64,000 bases of DNA from Schizochytrium sp. TIO01 (lineage: Eukaryota > Protista > Bigyra: Labyrinthulomycetes). The position numbers and the translations under genes were made by a program. This document shows, piece after piece, positions 24,755 through 35,090 of this stretch. Each line of letters opens with the position of its first letter. The first letter of the stretch is position 1. The stretch is taken from positions 3,472,001 through 3,536,000 of the forward strand of contig SMSO01000034.1 of assembly GCA_004764695.1 (NCBI GenBank), written 5' to 3'. Below the pieces are notes generated by a model. It searched no databases and was not told where the DNA came from. It was given only the letters and a program-made list of their open reading frames with translations.

Positions 24755-27397
24755 ATGCTCGAGGGTCGATTCGTGGCACTTGCCACGCTCCTCTGCGTGC
24801 TTGTCTCTAGTGCGACAGCCGCAACAACCAACATCTCTTCATGCATCTTCGATGTTGTTCTCGTCTTTGACCAGTCTGGAGACCAGGCATACATTGAGGA
24901 GCAGCAGGAGACCGCTCGCTCGCTCATCGACTACTTCAACATTGGCGTCGAGTCTTACAATGACCACTTTGGTGCGATCACCTTCGACAGTGCCATCTAC
25001 AACGAGGAGGATCTCATGCAGCTGGCTGACAGAAACGAGACTGTGACCTACATTGATGCTATCAACCAGAGCAACAGCTCCGACACTAACCTTTACCTTG
25101 CCCTCAACAAGTCCACCGAGATGATGCTCGATGCTCGTGACAACGTCACCAAGCTCATTATCGTCTTCGGTGATGGCAACAACTACGTATCTGTTGAGAA
25201 CGAGACCACTGTCTACCAGTACTGCACTAACGCTACCACTGAGCTTTCTTGCCTCACCGAGATTGTCAGCAATGCTAAGACCACCAACGATGTCAACGTT
25301 CTCTACGCCCCCACCTCCAACTCCTCGAGCAACGTTTTCGAGGAGAGCCCTCTCTCAAGCTACGTGATTGACGCTGATGTCTACATTTCTCACATTCAGG
25401 AGCAGTGCAACAGCTCCAGCTCCAGCTCCAGCTCTAGCTCTGGATCTGGATCCGGTTCTGGCACTATTTCTGGCGGATCTTCTTCTGCTAGCGAGAACGG
25501 CACCTCTTCCCCCACTAAGAAGCCCACCAAGAAGCCCTCCACTGGTTCTTCTTCTAGCAACAGCTCTGGTGACTCCCCCACTGCTGCCCCGACCAAGAAG
25601 CCCACCTCTGGTTCTTCTTCTTCTTCTAGCAACAGCTCTGGCGATTCTCCCACTGCTGCCCCGACCAAGAAGCCCACCTCTGGTTCTTCTTCTTCTAGCA
25701 ACAGCTCTGGCGATTCTCCCACTGCTGCCCCGACCAAGAAGCCCACCTCTGGTTCTTCTTCTTCTAGCAACAGCTCTGGCGATTCTCCCACTGCTGCCCC
25801 GACCAAGAAGCCCACCTCTGGTTCTTCTTCTTCTAGCAACAGCTCTGGCGATTCTCCCACTGCTGCCCCGACCAAGAAGCCTACCTCTGGTTCTACTTCT
25901 TCTAGCTCCACTTCTGCCCCGACCAAGAAGCCTACCTCTGGTTCTACTTCTTCTAGCTCCACTTCTGCCCCTACTGTCAAGCCCACCAAGAAGCCAACCT
26001 CTAGTTCTTCCTCCAGCTCTAACTCTTCCCCCACGTCTGCTCCGACTAAGAAGCCCACCTCCAGCACTAGCTCTGGTACTGGCGACTGTGTGAGCAGCAG
26101 CAACGGCAGTGGCAGCAGCATTAGCTGCACCGGTGACAGCGGTTCCTCTTCCTCTAGCTCTTCTAGCTCTGGCAGCGGCTCCTCTTCTTCTTCTTCTAGC
26201 TCTAGCGGTGGTTCTTCTTCGTCCTCCAGCTCTGGCACTACCCCTTCCCCCACCAAGAAGCCCACCTCTGGTTCCTCTTCTAGCTCCGGGTCCACTCCTT
26301 CCCCGACCTCGAAGCCCACCAAGAAGCCCACCTCTAGTTCCTCCTCCAGCTCTAACTCTTCGCCTACGTCTGCCCCAACCAAGAAGCCCACCTCGAGCTC
26401 TAGCTCTGGCACTGGCGACTGTGTAGGCACCAGCAACGGCAGCAGCAGCAGCATTAGCTGCACCGGTGACAGCGGCTCCTCTTCCTCCAGCTCTTCTAGC
26501 TCTGGCAGTGGCTCCTCTTCTTCTTCTGAGAGCTCTAGCGGCGACTCTTCTTCATCCTCTAGCTCTGGTTCTTCGCCCACCGCCAAGCCCACCAAGAAGC
26601 CTACTTCTGGTTCTTCTTCTAGCTCCAGCTCCACTTCTGCCCCGACCAAGAAGCCCACCTCCAGTTCCTCCTCGAGCTCCAGCTCTGGATCTAGCAGCTC
26701 CTCCAGCTCCAGCTCCAGCTCCAGCTCCTCCAGCTCCAGCTCCAGCTCCTCAAGCTCCAGCTCTAGCTCTGGCAGCTCTTCCAGCTCCAGCTCTGGTTCT
26801 TCCCCTACTGCTTCCCCGACCAAGAAGCCTACCTCGAGCTCTAGCTCTTCCAGCTCTGGATCCAGCAGCTCCTCTAGCTCCAGCTCCTCTAGCTCCAGCT
26901 CTTCCAGCAGCTCTAGCAGCTCCAGCTCTAGCTCTTCCAGCAGCTCCTCTAGCTCCAGCTCTGGTTCTTCGCCCACCGCCAAGCCCACCAAGAAGCCCAC
27001 CTCCTCCAGCAGCTCCGGCTCTGATTCTTCCAGCTCCTCCAGCTCTAGCTCTTCTAGCAGCAGCAGCAGCAGCTCCTCCAGCTCCAGCTCCTCCAGCTCT
27101 TCTAGCAGCAGCTCCTCAAACTCTAGCTCTGGTTCTGGTTCTGGTTCTAGCTCTAGCTCAAACAGCTCTTCTAGTTCTTCCAGCAGCTCCAGCTCCAGCT
27201 CCTCTAGCTCTAGCTCCAGCTCCTCCAACAGCTCCTCCAACTCCAACTCTGGCTCTGGCTCCAGCTCTTCCAGCTCCTCCAGCTCTAGTTCTTCTAGCTC
27301 TTCTTCTAGTTCTTCTAGCTCCTCAAGCTCGTCCAGTTCCTCCAGCTCTTCTAGCTCGGACTCTGGCGACCGCCGTGCCCTCCGCGGAATGCTCTAA
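24755..27397 (+). CDS. Secreted VWA-domain mucin/proteoglycan-like protein, 880 aa (PTKKPT and poly-Ser stalk, C-terminal RRALRGML)
   Basis: Signal peptide MLEGRFVALATLLCVLVSSATA. VWA motifs DVVLVFDQSGD, HFGAITFD, DTNLYLAL, KLIIVFGDG. Strong C-ending codon bias and many NxS/T sequons. 60-nt coding repeats at about 25541-25890. Confidence 0.93.
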   Translation: MLEGRFVALATLLCVLVSSATAATTNISSCIFDVVLVFDQSGDQAYIEEQQETARSLIDYFNIGVESYNDHFGAITFDSAIYNEEDLMQLADRNETVTYIDAINQSNSSDTNLYLALNKSTEMMLDARDNVTKLIIVFGDGNNYVSVENETTVYQYCTNATTELSCLTEIVSNAKTTNDVNVLYAPTSNSSSNVFEESPLSSYVIDADVYISHIQEQCNSSSSSSSSSSGSGSGSGTISGGSSSASENGTSSPTKKPTKKPSTGSSSSNSSGDSPTAAPTKKPTSGSSSSSSNSSGDSPTAAPTKKPTSGSSSSSNSSGDSPTAAPTKKPTSGSSSSSNSSGDSPTAAPTKKPTSGSSSSSNSSGDSPTAAPTKKPTSGSTSSSSTSAPTKKPTSGSTSSSSTSAPTVKPTKKPTSSSSSSSNSSPTSAPTKKPTSSTSSGTGDCVSSSNGSGSSISCTGDSGSSSSSSSSSGSGSSSSSSSSSGGSSSSSSSGTTPSPTKKPTSGSSSSSGSTPSPTSKPTKKPTSSSSSSSNSSPTSAPTKKPTSSSSSGTGDCVGTSNGSSSSISCTGDSGSSSSSSSSSGSGSSSSSESSSGDSSSSSSSGSSPTAKPTKKPTSGSSSSSSSTSAPTKKPTSSSSSSSSSGSSSSSSSSSSSSSSSSSSSSSSSSSSSGSSSSSSSGSSPTASPTKKPTSSSSSSSSGSSSSSSSSSSSSSSSSSSSSSSSSSSSSSSSSSSGSSPTAKPTKKPTSSSSSGSDSSSSSSSSSSSSSSSSSSSSSSSSSSSSSSSNSSSGSGSGSSSSSNSSSSSSSSSSSSSSSSSSSSSNSSSNSNSGSGSSSSSSSSSSSSSSSSSSSSSSSSSSSSSSSSSDSGDRRALRGML

Positions 27398-27904
27398 ACA
27401 CAGTAAATTGTTCATTAGTCACGCGATGGCAAACCAACTAATTCTATAGCAATAAGACATTTACAAAAAGCTTGAAACATTTAGTACTTTCTGCTCGACC
27501 GTTTGTTGTGTTGTTGATCTCATGTTGCGCTTCCTTGTTACTGACATTTTTGTTTTCCACCAAGATATCAAGTTTGTGTAAGCACTTGCTTCCTTGTAAT
27601 CCCTCAAGATCATCCAACTACAGTCCTAGTATAAACTATAAGAGTCAGCTGCCGATATCTTGAAAGATTGAAGTGAAAGACATTTTCTTGTAGAAAAGAA
27701 CTTCGATACCCACAAAACAAGGCAAGGTTAACTATAACTTGTTCCGTAGAGAGATGCGCTTGGGTTGGCATCTACGAATAAAAACAGTGTAACGTTTTAC
27801 TTTCTTGGTTTCGAATAATTTAATCAAGATGCTGATTCTAGCATGGCAATTTTACAGAAGCTGCGGCTACCGGCTAGAAAGGCAAGTAAATTGAACAATA
27901 ATAC

Positions 27905-28880
27905 CGAAAGATGAGTCTAGCCAGCTGGAGGCTGGATATAATTATGAAGACAAGAGCCTTGATGAAAGCTTTCAGAAGGTTCATTTAAGGAGTTAGTGAA
28001 CTGCTGTCTTGGATAAGAATTTCAGGTAAGACGGATTTATGTAATAATTAGGGGGCTAAGACATTCTTGGACTGTGCTAGATGTACTTGACAGGGTTAGT
28101 TTATTTCAACTTATTCATTAATCAATCCAGGTTTCACCATATCTGGTTCTTAGTAATGTGAAATTGCGCGTTTGGTTCTTGGCTTCTCACCCACATAAGT
28201 TTGATTGTCTAGTTCGGTTCTATTGAATGCCCCATATCTATCAGGTTCTAACAAAGGGACACCGAGAACTCTAGCAATGCCGCGTCCACTAGTTCCTCTG
28301 ATAATTAGAACTCTCAGCAACTACTATGTATGTATATATATATTTAAGTAGGCAATCGTTTTCAGAAATGTGTGATGTACCAGAACATCCACTTGTGTTG
28401 AACATGGTGACCTCCAAGCCACCAAATAAGAAGTTCTGGCCAATCTGTAAGCTCTTACTATATTTCAAATAAGCAGAAATAAAGAGATGCTTGAATATCT
28501 GCTGGGGACCTACCCTTGGATAGATCATAAGTAAACTCCATGGTGTCTCGTATTATAAAGTACATCCGCTATATTGATGAGAAAATCTGAAATACTTTGC
28601 TAAGGTCAAGAGATTGCAAAATCGTATAATTTAAAACGCCTCAGTCTTCATGGGTTACTATATTCAGCCTTTATATATCAAGTACTAGATTCCTGAGTAA
28701 ACTTGCCTGTTGGGAAGTATCAACTTTCAATATTAAGCCAGTGTGAATGGCATACTTTACTTTGGCGAAGGTCATATATGTCCAAGTTTAGCTAAAATAT
28801 CCATTTAGCTTGCATTCAACTGGATGGATATGCATAACTTTTGGTTAAGGCGTCATAGTTTTCTCTGGTATATGCACACA
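27905..28880 (-). mobile_element. Decayed non-LTR retrotransposon fragment, copy D
   Basis: Minus-strand remnants with RT-like order and spacing: CIYQR-x-TMTP (28876-28847, like GIYQGDxLSP), YAIHT (28754-28740, like YADDT), G..PMKT (28669-28642), RHHGVYL (28548-28528, like RYLGV). The shared module follows at 28280-27905. Confidence 0.62.
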
Positions 28881-30473
28881 GCAAACATCGTTTTATCTTG
28901 AAATTGCAATATTTTACTTTTGACACGCCTCTCGTGTTTCGTAAGATGCTTAGGGAACTCAGGTTACAAGTGGAGGTCCCCCTTCATCAAGGCTTTATAT
29001 TTAAACTGGTTATGGAAATGGAGCAGACCAATTATATAGCACTGAACCTCATAACACTATCTGTGTTATTAACAAAGGTTCGCGATACGGATAATGCGGC
29101 TCAGATTCCCTTAAATATGGTGTCAGTATTCCACTTTCACCATCATCTTTACGTTGAACACCAAAGAAAGAAACAACTACTACCAGTGTAATTCAATTTA
29201 ATAATGCTCAATCTTGCTTATAGCATATGCTTAACAATCTATATTCGTTTGCTCTCCTTGTAGATGTAAACCTTTTAAGCAACTATGTTTTTGATGAAGT
29301 TTCGTTTGTAGAAATTAGGCCGCCCACTGAAGAAACCGTGAACCGTGAAACGCTCATTGTTTTGTCTTTCATCTCACTGGCGTATGGCATCAATCTCTAG
29401 TAACGAGGTAACTATAATCACTAGTGCTCAAACCTGCCCTTCATTGGTTTAGACGAGGCAGCGTTTGCTCCTCCAGCCTCTTCTCATTCAGAGCGAGTAC
29501 ACGGTTTTCACTCACTCAGGGTTCAAGCTAATTTCTTGGACACCTGCTCTCTCATCGTACCGATGCGGTTTGATCCGCAAGTTACAGGATGGAAAGGGTC
29601 CGCCTCTGGCTGACGATTGAGGGTGCCTGGGGCCCTCGCTTATCGTGATGCTGTCTGGTCTTGGTCCTCCTACTGCCTTTTGGCCTTTTGTCCGTGACAG
29701 CACTATGCAGGGCCCTCGCTGCCTGCCCGTCGCTAGCAGTTCTCCTTCATCCTCGCGTTCGCACGCACGCACCGCTCAGCTAGCCTCTGGGAGGGCACTC
29801 TGCTTGGCTGTTCTGGCAGCGTCAAAGTCACCGCCTCCAGATTAAAACAGACAAACCAACCAACCAACCAACCAACAAACAACCCCAGAAAACCAACTCA
29901 CTCTGTCATGGACAGCCAGGAGGCCAGCGAGTGCGTGACACCTTCTCTCCTGAAAGCTCTCGCTACGGACCGCTCTACCCAAGCAAGCAAGCAAGCAAGA
30001 GAACAAGCGTTCTGCGAAATGCACCTTCCTCAGACTCCAGCCTTCCCAAACAAACAATCAAACAAACAATCAAACAAACAATCAAACAAACAAGAAAGAA
30101 AGAAGGAAAGAAAGAAAGAAAGGAAAAAGGAAATCACGCTGTCTCCTCACGCTGTCCCCAGTACACACCTTCCCGCGTAGGAAGCTGTTAAGGTACCCTA
30201 AGTATCACGCGTGATTGCGGTGACTACTCATTGGCTAAGAGCTGGTAATGTAGGGCAAAAGCGACGGACATAGCAGGTCCATAGGAACCCATTGATCTCC
30301 AGATAGAAAGGTTCCTGAATGAGGCATGGACAGATCGACGAACAGACAAAGAGACAAACAGAGAAAGAGAGAGAGAGAGAGATAGGAAAGTGGACAGATA
30401 GTTTTGATGGGGTTTCAAGAGAGAGGGGGCTTTGAATAAGTGGAGCCGTGCGATCACTCCACGGAGCGCAGAG

Positions 30474-30577
30474 GCATTGCATTGTACTGCATTGCATTGT
30501 ACTGCATTGCATTGTACTGCATTGCATTGTACTGCATTGCATTGTACTGCATTGCATTGTACTGCATTGCATTGTAC
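30474..30577. repeat. 15-bp minisatellite GCATTGCATTGTACT, about 7 copies
   Basis: Read directly from the sequence. Confidence 0.95.
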
Positions 30578-32119
30578 GATGCTCACCGGCGTTCGCTCTG
30601 TTCGTTTGGTCTGTCTTCAGGCGTGCGTGCGTTCGCCTTTGCGAGTAGCACATCACGCGCTGGGACGAGGATCTGGTCTTGCGCCGCACAATGTCCACTC
30701 CAACTCCAGCCACCAGAACAGAGAAGGAGTCGCGTCGCTCTGCGGCTTCGAAGGCAGTCGAGCGAGCCCACAAACAAACTTCAGGACGCCCGCTAGCTAA
30801 GCCAGGTGTTTGTTTGGGTGCGCTCCGTCCTCAGGTCGGTCTCTCAGGAAGACAGACGCTCGGCGTTTGCATCCTCCGCCTCATCGATGGCGATCGCGGC
30901 CAACGGAGCGGCCAATCGTTGCGAGCGCGGCATTGGGTACAACCATTCTGGATCCTCCCTGTGCGGTCAGGCGCCACACCGCGCAGCGCCCATTTATTTG
31001 CATATCAGCGCATGCACTCTTTCTGAGTGTGCGTGCATTTGTAGGCGAATGGTGGCGGTAGCGCGCACTACCGCTTTCTCTAGCTGGAGAGTCGAATGGG
31101 AACGCCTTCTGTGGTACATGATAGTGTCGAGCGTCAAGTCAGGCACAAAAGTGCACACCTACCTGTTCATGGGCTCACGGAGTTACTTAGTCCTCCTCTG
31201 CGCTCTCGCGATCGCTCACTTTGGCGCTCACTTCGCTTCGAGCTATATCCTGCAGCTTCTGCGGATAGTGCTCGGAAACGCATCGCAGTGATTCAACCAT
31301 GTTTGAGCAAAGCGGCGGAGGGATGCTTAAGAGAAGAACCGCGAAGGCCTCTCTGCAGACATGTGCATCTTTTTGCCGTTCTCCCCCCCCATCTCTCTCT
31401 CAGAGGCAGAGGCGGGCTTAGTGGTTTGCTATGGCGCGGGCTAGGACTCGCAGTTCAAAATTTGGTAAAAAGAAATAAGAGGCATCGTCGAAGAAATAAA
31501 GGTTTTAACTTTTTTCTTTTCTTTTTAAAGTGAAGCTAGTAATGAGAGAAAGAAGAGGGAACGGAGGGAGCGGGACTGGTTCCCGTTTGCGAAATCTTCC
31601 TCAGGAACATACAGAACTTTTCCGGTCGCTGACTCCTGAAAGGAAACAACGAAATGAAAAGGCAAAGTGAGTGTCGCCTCAATCGATCGCCCTCAGACGT
31701 CTCCAAAGACCGAACCATGGCGTTAGGGTATGCTTAGGCGCCCGCTACCCTCCGCAGCCATGCCTATGGACACGGACCACGCGCATTGCACTTTGAAGGG
31801 GCCGAGTTTCCAACTGCTCTGCCGAAGGAACAAAAGACAAAGAGCTCAGACCGAAGCAAGCAGAGCAGAGCAGAGCAGAACAGACAGACAGACAAACAAA
31901 CAAAGAAACAGAAAACCGAAAAGATCCAAATCAGGCAAACTTCTTCTTCTCTTCTTCTTCTTCTTCTTTGACCATTATCGCCGCAGGCCTTCTCTCCAAT
32001 ACCAATGGAGAGCGATCGATTATCGTGCCTCGAATCGGAGATCACTCGTGCTTCGTCAGCGACGCCTTTTAAACAAATTAGTAGATAAATAAGTAGATAA
32101 ATAAGTAGACAGATCAATA

Positions 32120-32150
<31 letters not shown>

Positions 32151-33207
32151 GAATGAATGAATGAATGAATCAATCAATCAATAAATCAGCGACCGGGAGG
32201 CGTGGCGCCATGATGGATCATGGCCGCCATCCTTCTTCAACGAGACCTCTAATCCGCCTGCAACATTCCTTTCCCTCTTATTTTACTTTCCCTGACGAAT
32301 TTCTGCATCCACAATATAATTTAAAATTAAGTTAATGATACTACTAAATAGATTCTTATTTTAAAAATACTAAAAAGAAACTAAACGAGATTACTGAACC
32401 AACTGGGCATTTTCAATCGCTTTTTTCTTTAAAGTCAGAAGAAAGTCATTCCAAAAAGTCCTCCTTCGCATGCATGGACAGTACTTTTGGGATGATTGCG
32501 CCTTCCAAGAGCGCACTCTTTTTCCCCAGCGGCCAAGCAGTCAGCGGCGACGGCGTAGTTAGGCTGCCGCTCGGAGTTTCTTGCGCAGTTTAGCTGCAAT
32601 GAGCAAGCAAGCAAGCATCCAGCTCTCCATGATTAACTTTCGCACGAACACAGAAAGGCAGACTCCGTCGTTTGCGTTTGCGTCTGCCTCGTCGCCGCCT
32701 CAGCAGCCTCAGCTTGCTGGCTCGCCAACAGGTATTCGCCCTCTCCTTTCAAGTTTGGGCACAGTTCTTTTGTTTGTTGAGCAGAGTCAGGCAGCATCGT
32801 AGCACGAACAAGGGCACTTGACGCCGGGATGGTAGAAAAGTGAATTAGAGAAAGGAAGGTTTATCTTCACTTGTTACATTGGCTTGCGCTATAAAAGTTA
32901 TTTTTGAGATCAATAAAAATATTAGAATTATGAATTTTGATCCTTAATTTTTTTTTAAATATATATAAATGGAGCGATGGATGGTCAACCGAAAGCGGTC
33001 GAGAGGAGAGAGAAAGCACCCCCCCAAGAATTAGGCAGACTGTTGACCAGGCGAGTGAATATGGAAAAGCAGGAAAACATTCTGATTGCAGAAAATATCT
33101 GAAGTTGTAGAGACAACTTTCGCACGCATATTTTTTTTCTCAAAATAAAACTTTTAAAGTATAGATGATTTTGATTTTTGATTAGTTTAAAAAACAAACT
33201 ATGTTTT

Positions 33208-33209
<2 letters not shown>

Positions 33210-33251
<42 letters not shown>
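33210..33251. repeat. Poly(T) tract; similar tracts at 23251-23282, 43153-43196 and 45093-45119
   Basis: Homopolymer runs read directly. Confidence 0.95.
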
Positions 33252-33255
<4 letters not shown>

Positions 33256-34904
33256 CCTAAAATACTTTCATGTAAATCTTATTTTTGAAAAGATGGAGGA
33301 TAAACGAACAGAAAATGCTTCTCGAAGTTGGTAATTCAACGAAAGAAAACAAAAACCCTCATAGCTTAGGCGATTTATGACAAAGTATAACATGTTCCTT
33401 TCTGCCGTCCGAGGATTCTAATGCTGTCTTGGTTTTTCCAAACTTTCTCAAAAGAAGAAATCCAACCGAATATTCATTAATCATTTTTCTCTTTTTTTAA
33501 GCGGGCTGTAATAAGCGGGCTAGTACGTGTCATGACTCTGCAGGATATTGTCTGACCCTAGCAAAACGATACATTACCTAACTCCCCCTTCAAATAAGCC
33601 TCATAAGATACAGTAAATCTTCTCTCGCTTCCTCCGGCCTTTCAAAGCAAGGCGGCGATTTCAAAGAAGAAGAAGAAGAAGAAGAACCAAAAGAACCATT
33701 GCGTTCTTTTCTGCGTCCTCCTTTTTCCACTCGTCACGCTCATCATTGGCGCGTAGTGGCACGTATATGTGGGCGTCTGCTCCGAGGGACGGCTGATGCG
33801 TCCGGTTAGGATAGGCTTTCATTGTGTTTGTTTTCATGGATCATTTTATTTGTTATTGTTGTTGTTGTTGATGATAAAGTTTAAAGAAAGAAGAGGCGGT
33901 CCTTAAGTATTCTGCATCTTGTTGGTGTTTATTTAATAAATATAAGGTTGACAATAAAATTGAAAACCAAAATACAATGAAATAGAATGAATAAATAAAT
34001 ATGATCAGAAGGTGAAAAAAGGAAGAGAAAAGGAAGGCAGAACAAGGAGGAGGAGTTAATTTCGTATCATGAGCTACTTCTGGAAACGAGGCGGGAAGAT
34101 CAGCTTCAATTCCAGCTGGCCCGTTCGTAATTCCTAGATTAATTTACCCCGCTTTTCCCTTCGCGATCCCGGCTTTGACTGGCGCGAACGAGGACCTCCT
34201 CCTCTTCAACCTCCAACACGGACGCATCGCCCAGAGACGGTAATGGGCGTCGTCGCCTTTTCTTCTTCTTCTCCTTCATCTTCTTCTTCTTCTCCTTTCC
34301 AGCTCGCTCGCTCTTACATTCCATGCAGGATTTCACTCGACCCAAACGGGCGACGGCCTCAGTTAATATAATAACGCAGCAGTAGTTTAGAGTCCTCTGC
34401 AACGTTTTTTCCCAATTTGCTTTCCTGAAAAGAAAAGAAAAGAAAGCTTTTCATTCGCCAGCACATGGAATGAGAGCGAACTAAGGGCTAACTGACCAAC
34501 TAAGTATCTTTCTATCAGGCATTGATTAATGGAGCTGGGCTGGATGAACCAGCGAGGCAGCGGACTACTGACTAGCTAGTTATAGCTAGCTAGCTATAGC
34601 TAGCTAACTGACTGACTGACTGCCTTAAGCGAGCTGGTCCCTCTTTGTATGCAAGGCGTAGCAGCAACGGAGCACTCAGAATAAGGGAGGAAGGCGCACA
34701 CCTTCCATCGCTGCACCATTTCGACTTGCTTGCTTAGTTGCTTGGTTGCTTAGTTGCTCAGTTGGTTGAAGTTTTGTGGTCACTGTTTCCATCCCACGAA
34801 AGTCGATGAGCGATGGGAACGGATGGAGCCCGAACCATCGAAAGAGAGGACTGCAGGAAGGTCTAGCTGGAATAAAAGCGAACTTCGTGGCTCTTTTTTT
34901 GATC

Positions 34905-35090
34905 TTGTTTGTTTGTTTGTTTGTTTGTTTGTTTGTTTGTTTGTTTGTTTGTTTGTTTGTTTGTTTGTTTGTTTGTTTGTTTGTTTGTTTGTTTGTTTGT
35001 TTGTTTGTTTGTTTGTTTGTTTGTTTGTTTGTTTGTTTGTTTGTTCTTTGTTCAAGTTTGTTTGTTCTTTGTTCAAGTTTGTTTGTTTGT
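34905..35090. repeat. (GTTT)n microsatellite plus a short duplicated unit
   Basis: Read directly from the sequence. Confidence 0.95.

Noticed and set aside
25396-27246. 616-aa antisense Glu/Leu-rich ORF, the similar 60814-62655 ORF, and +1-frame Pro/Leu/Ala ORFs
   Set aside because: Shadows of the Ser/Pro/Thr repeat codons in the real + strand genes; no independent domain or start context.
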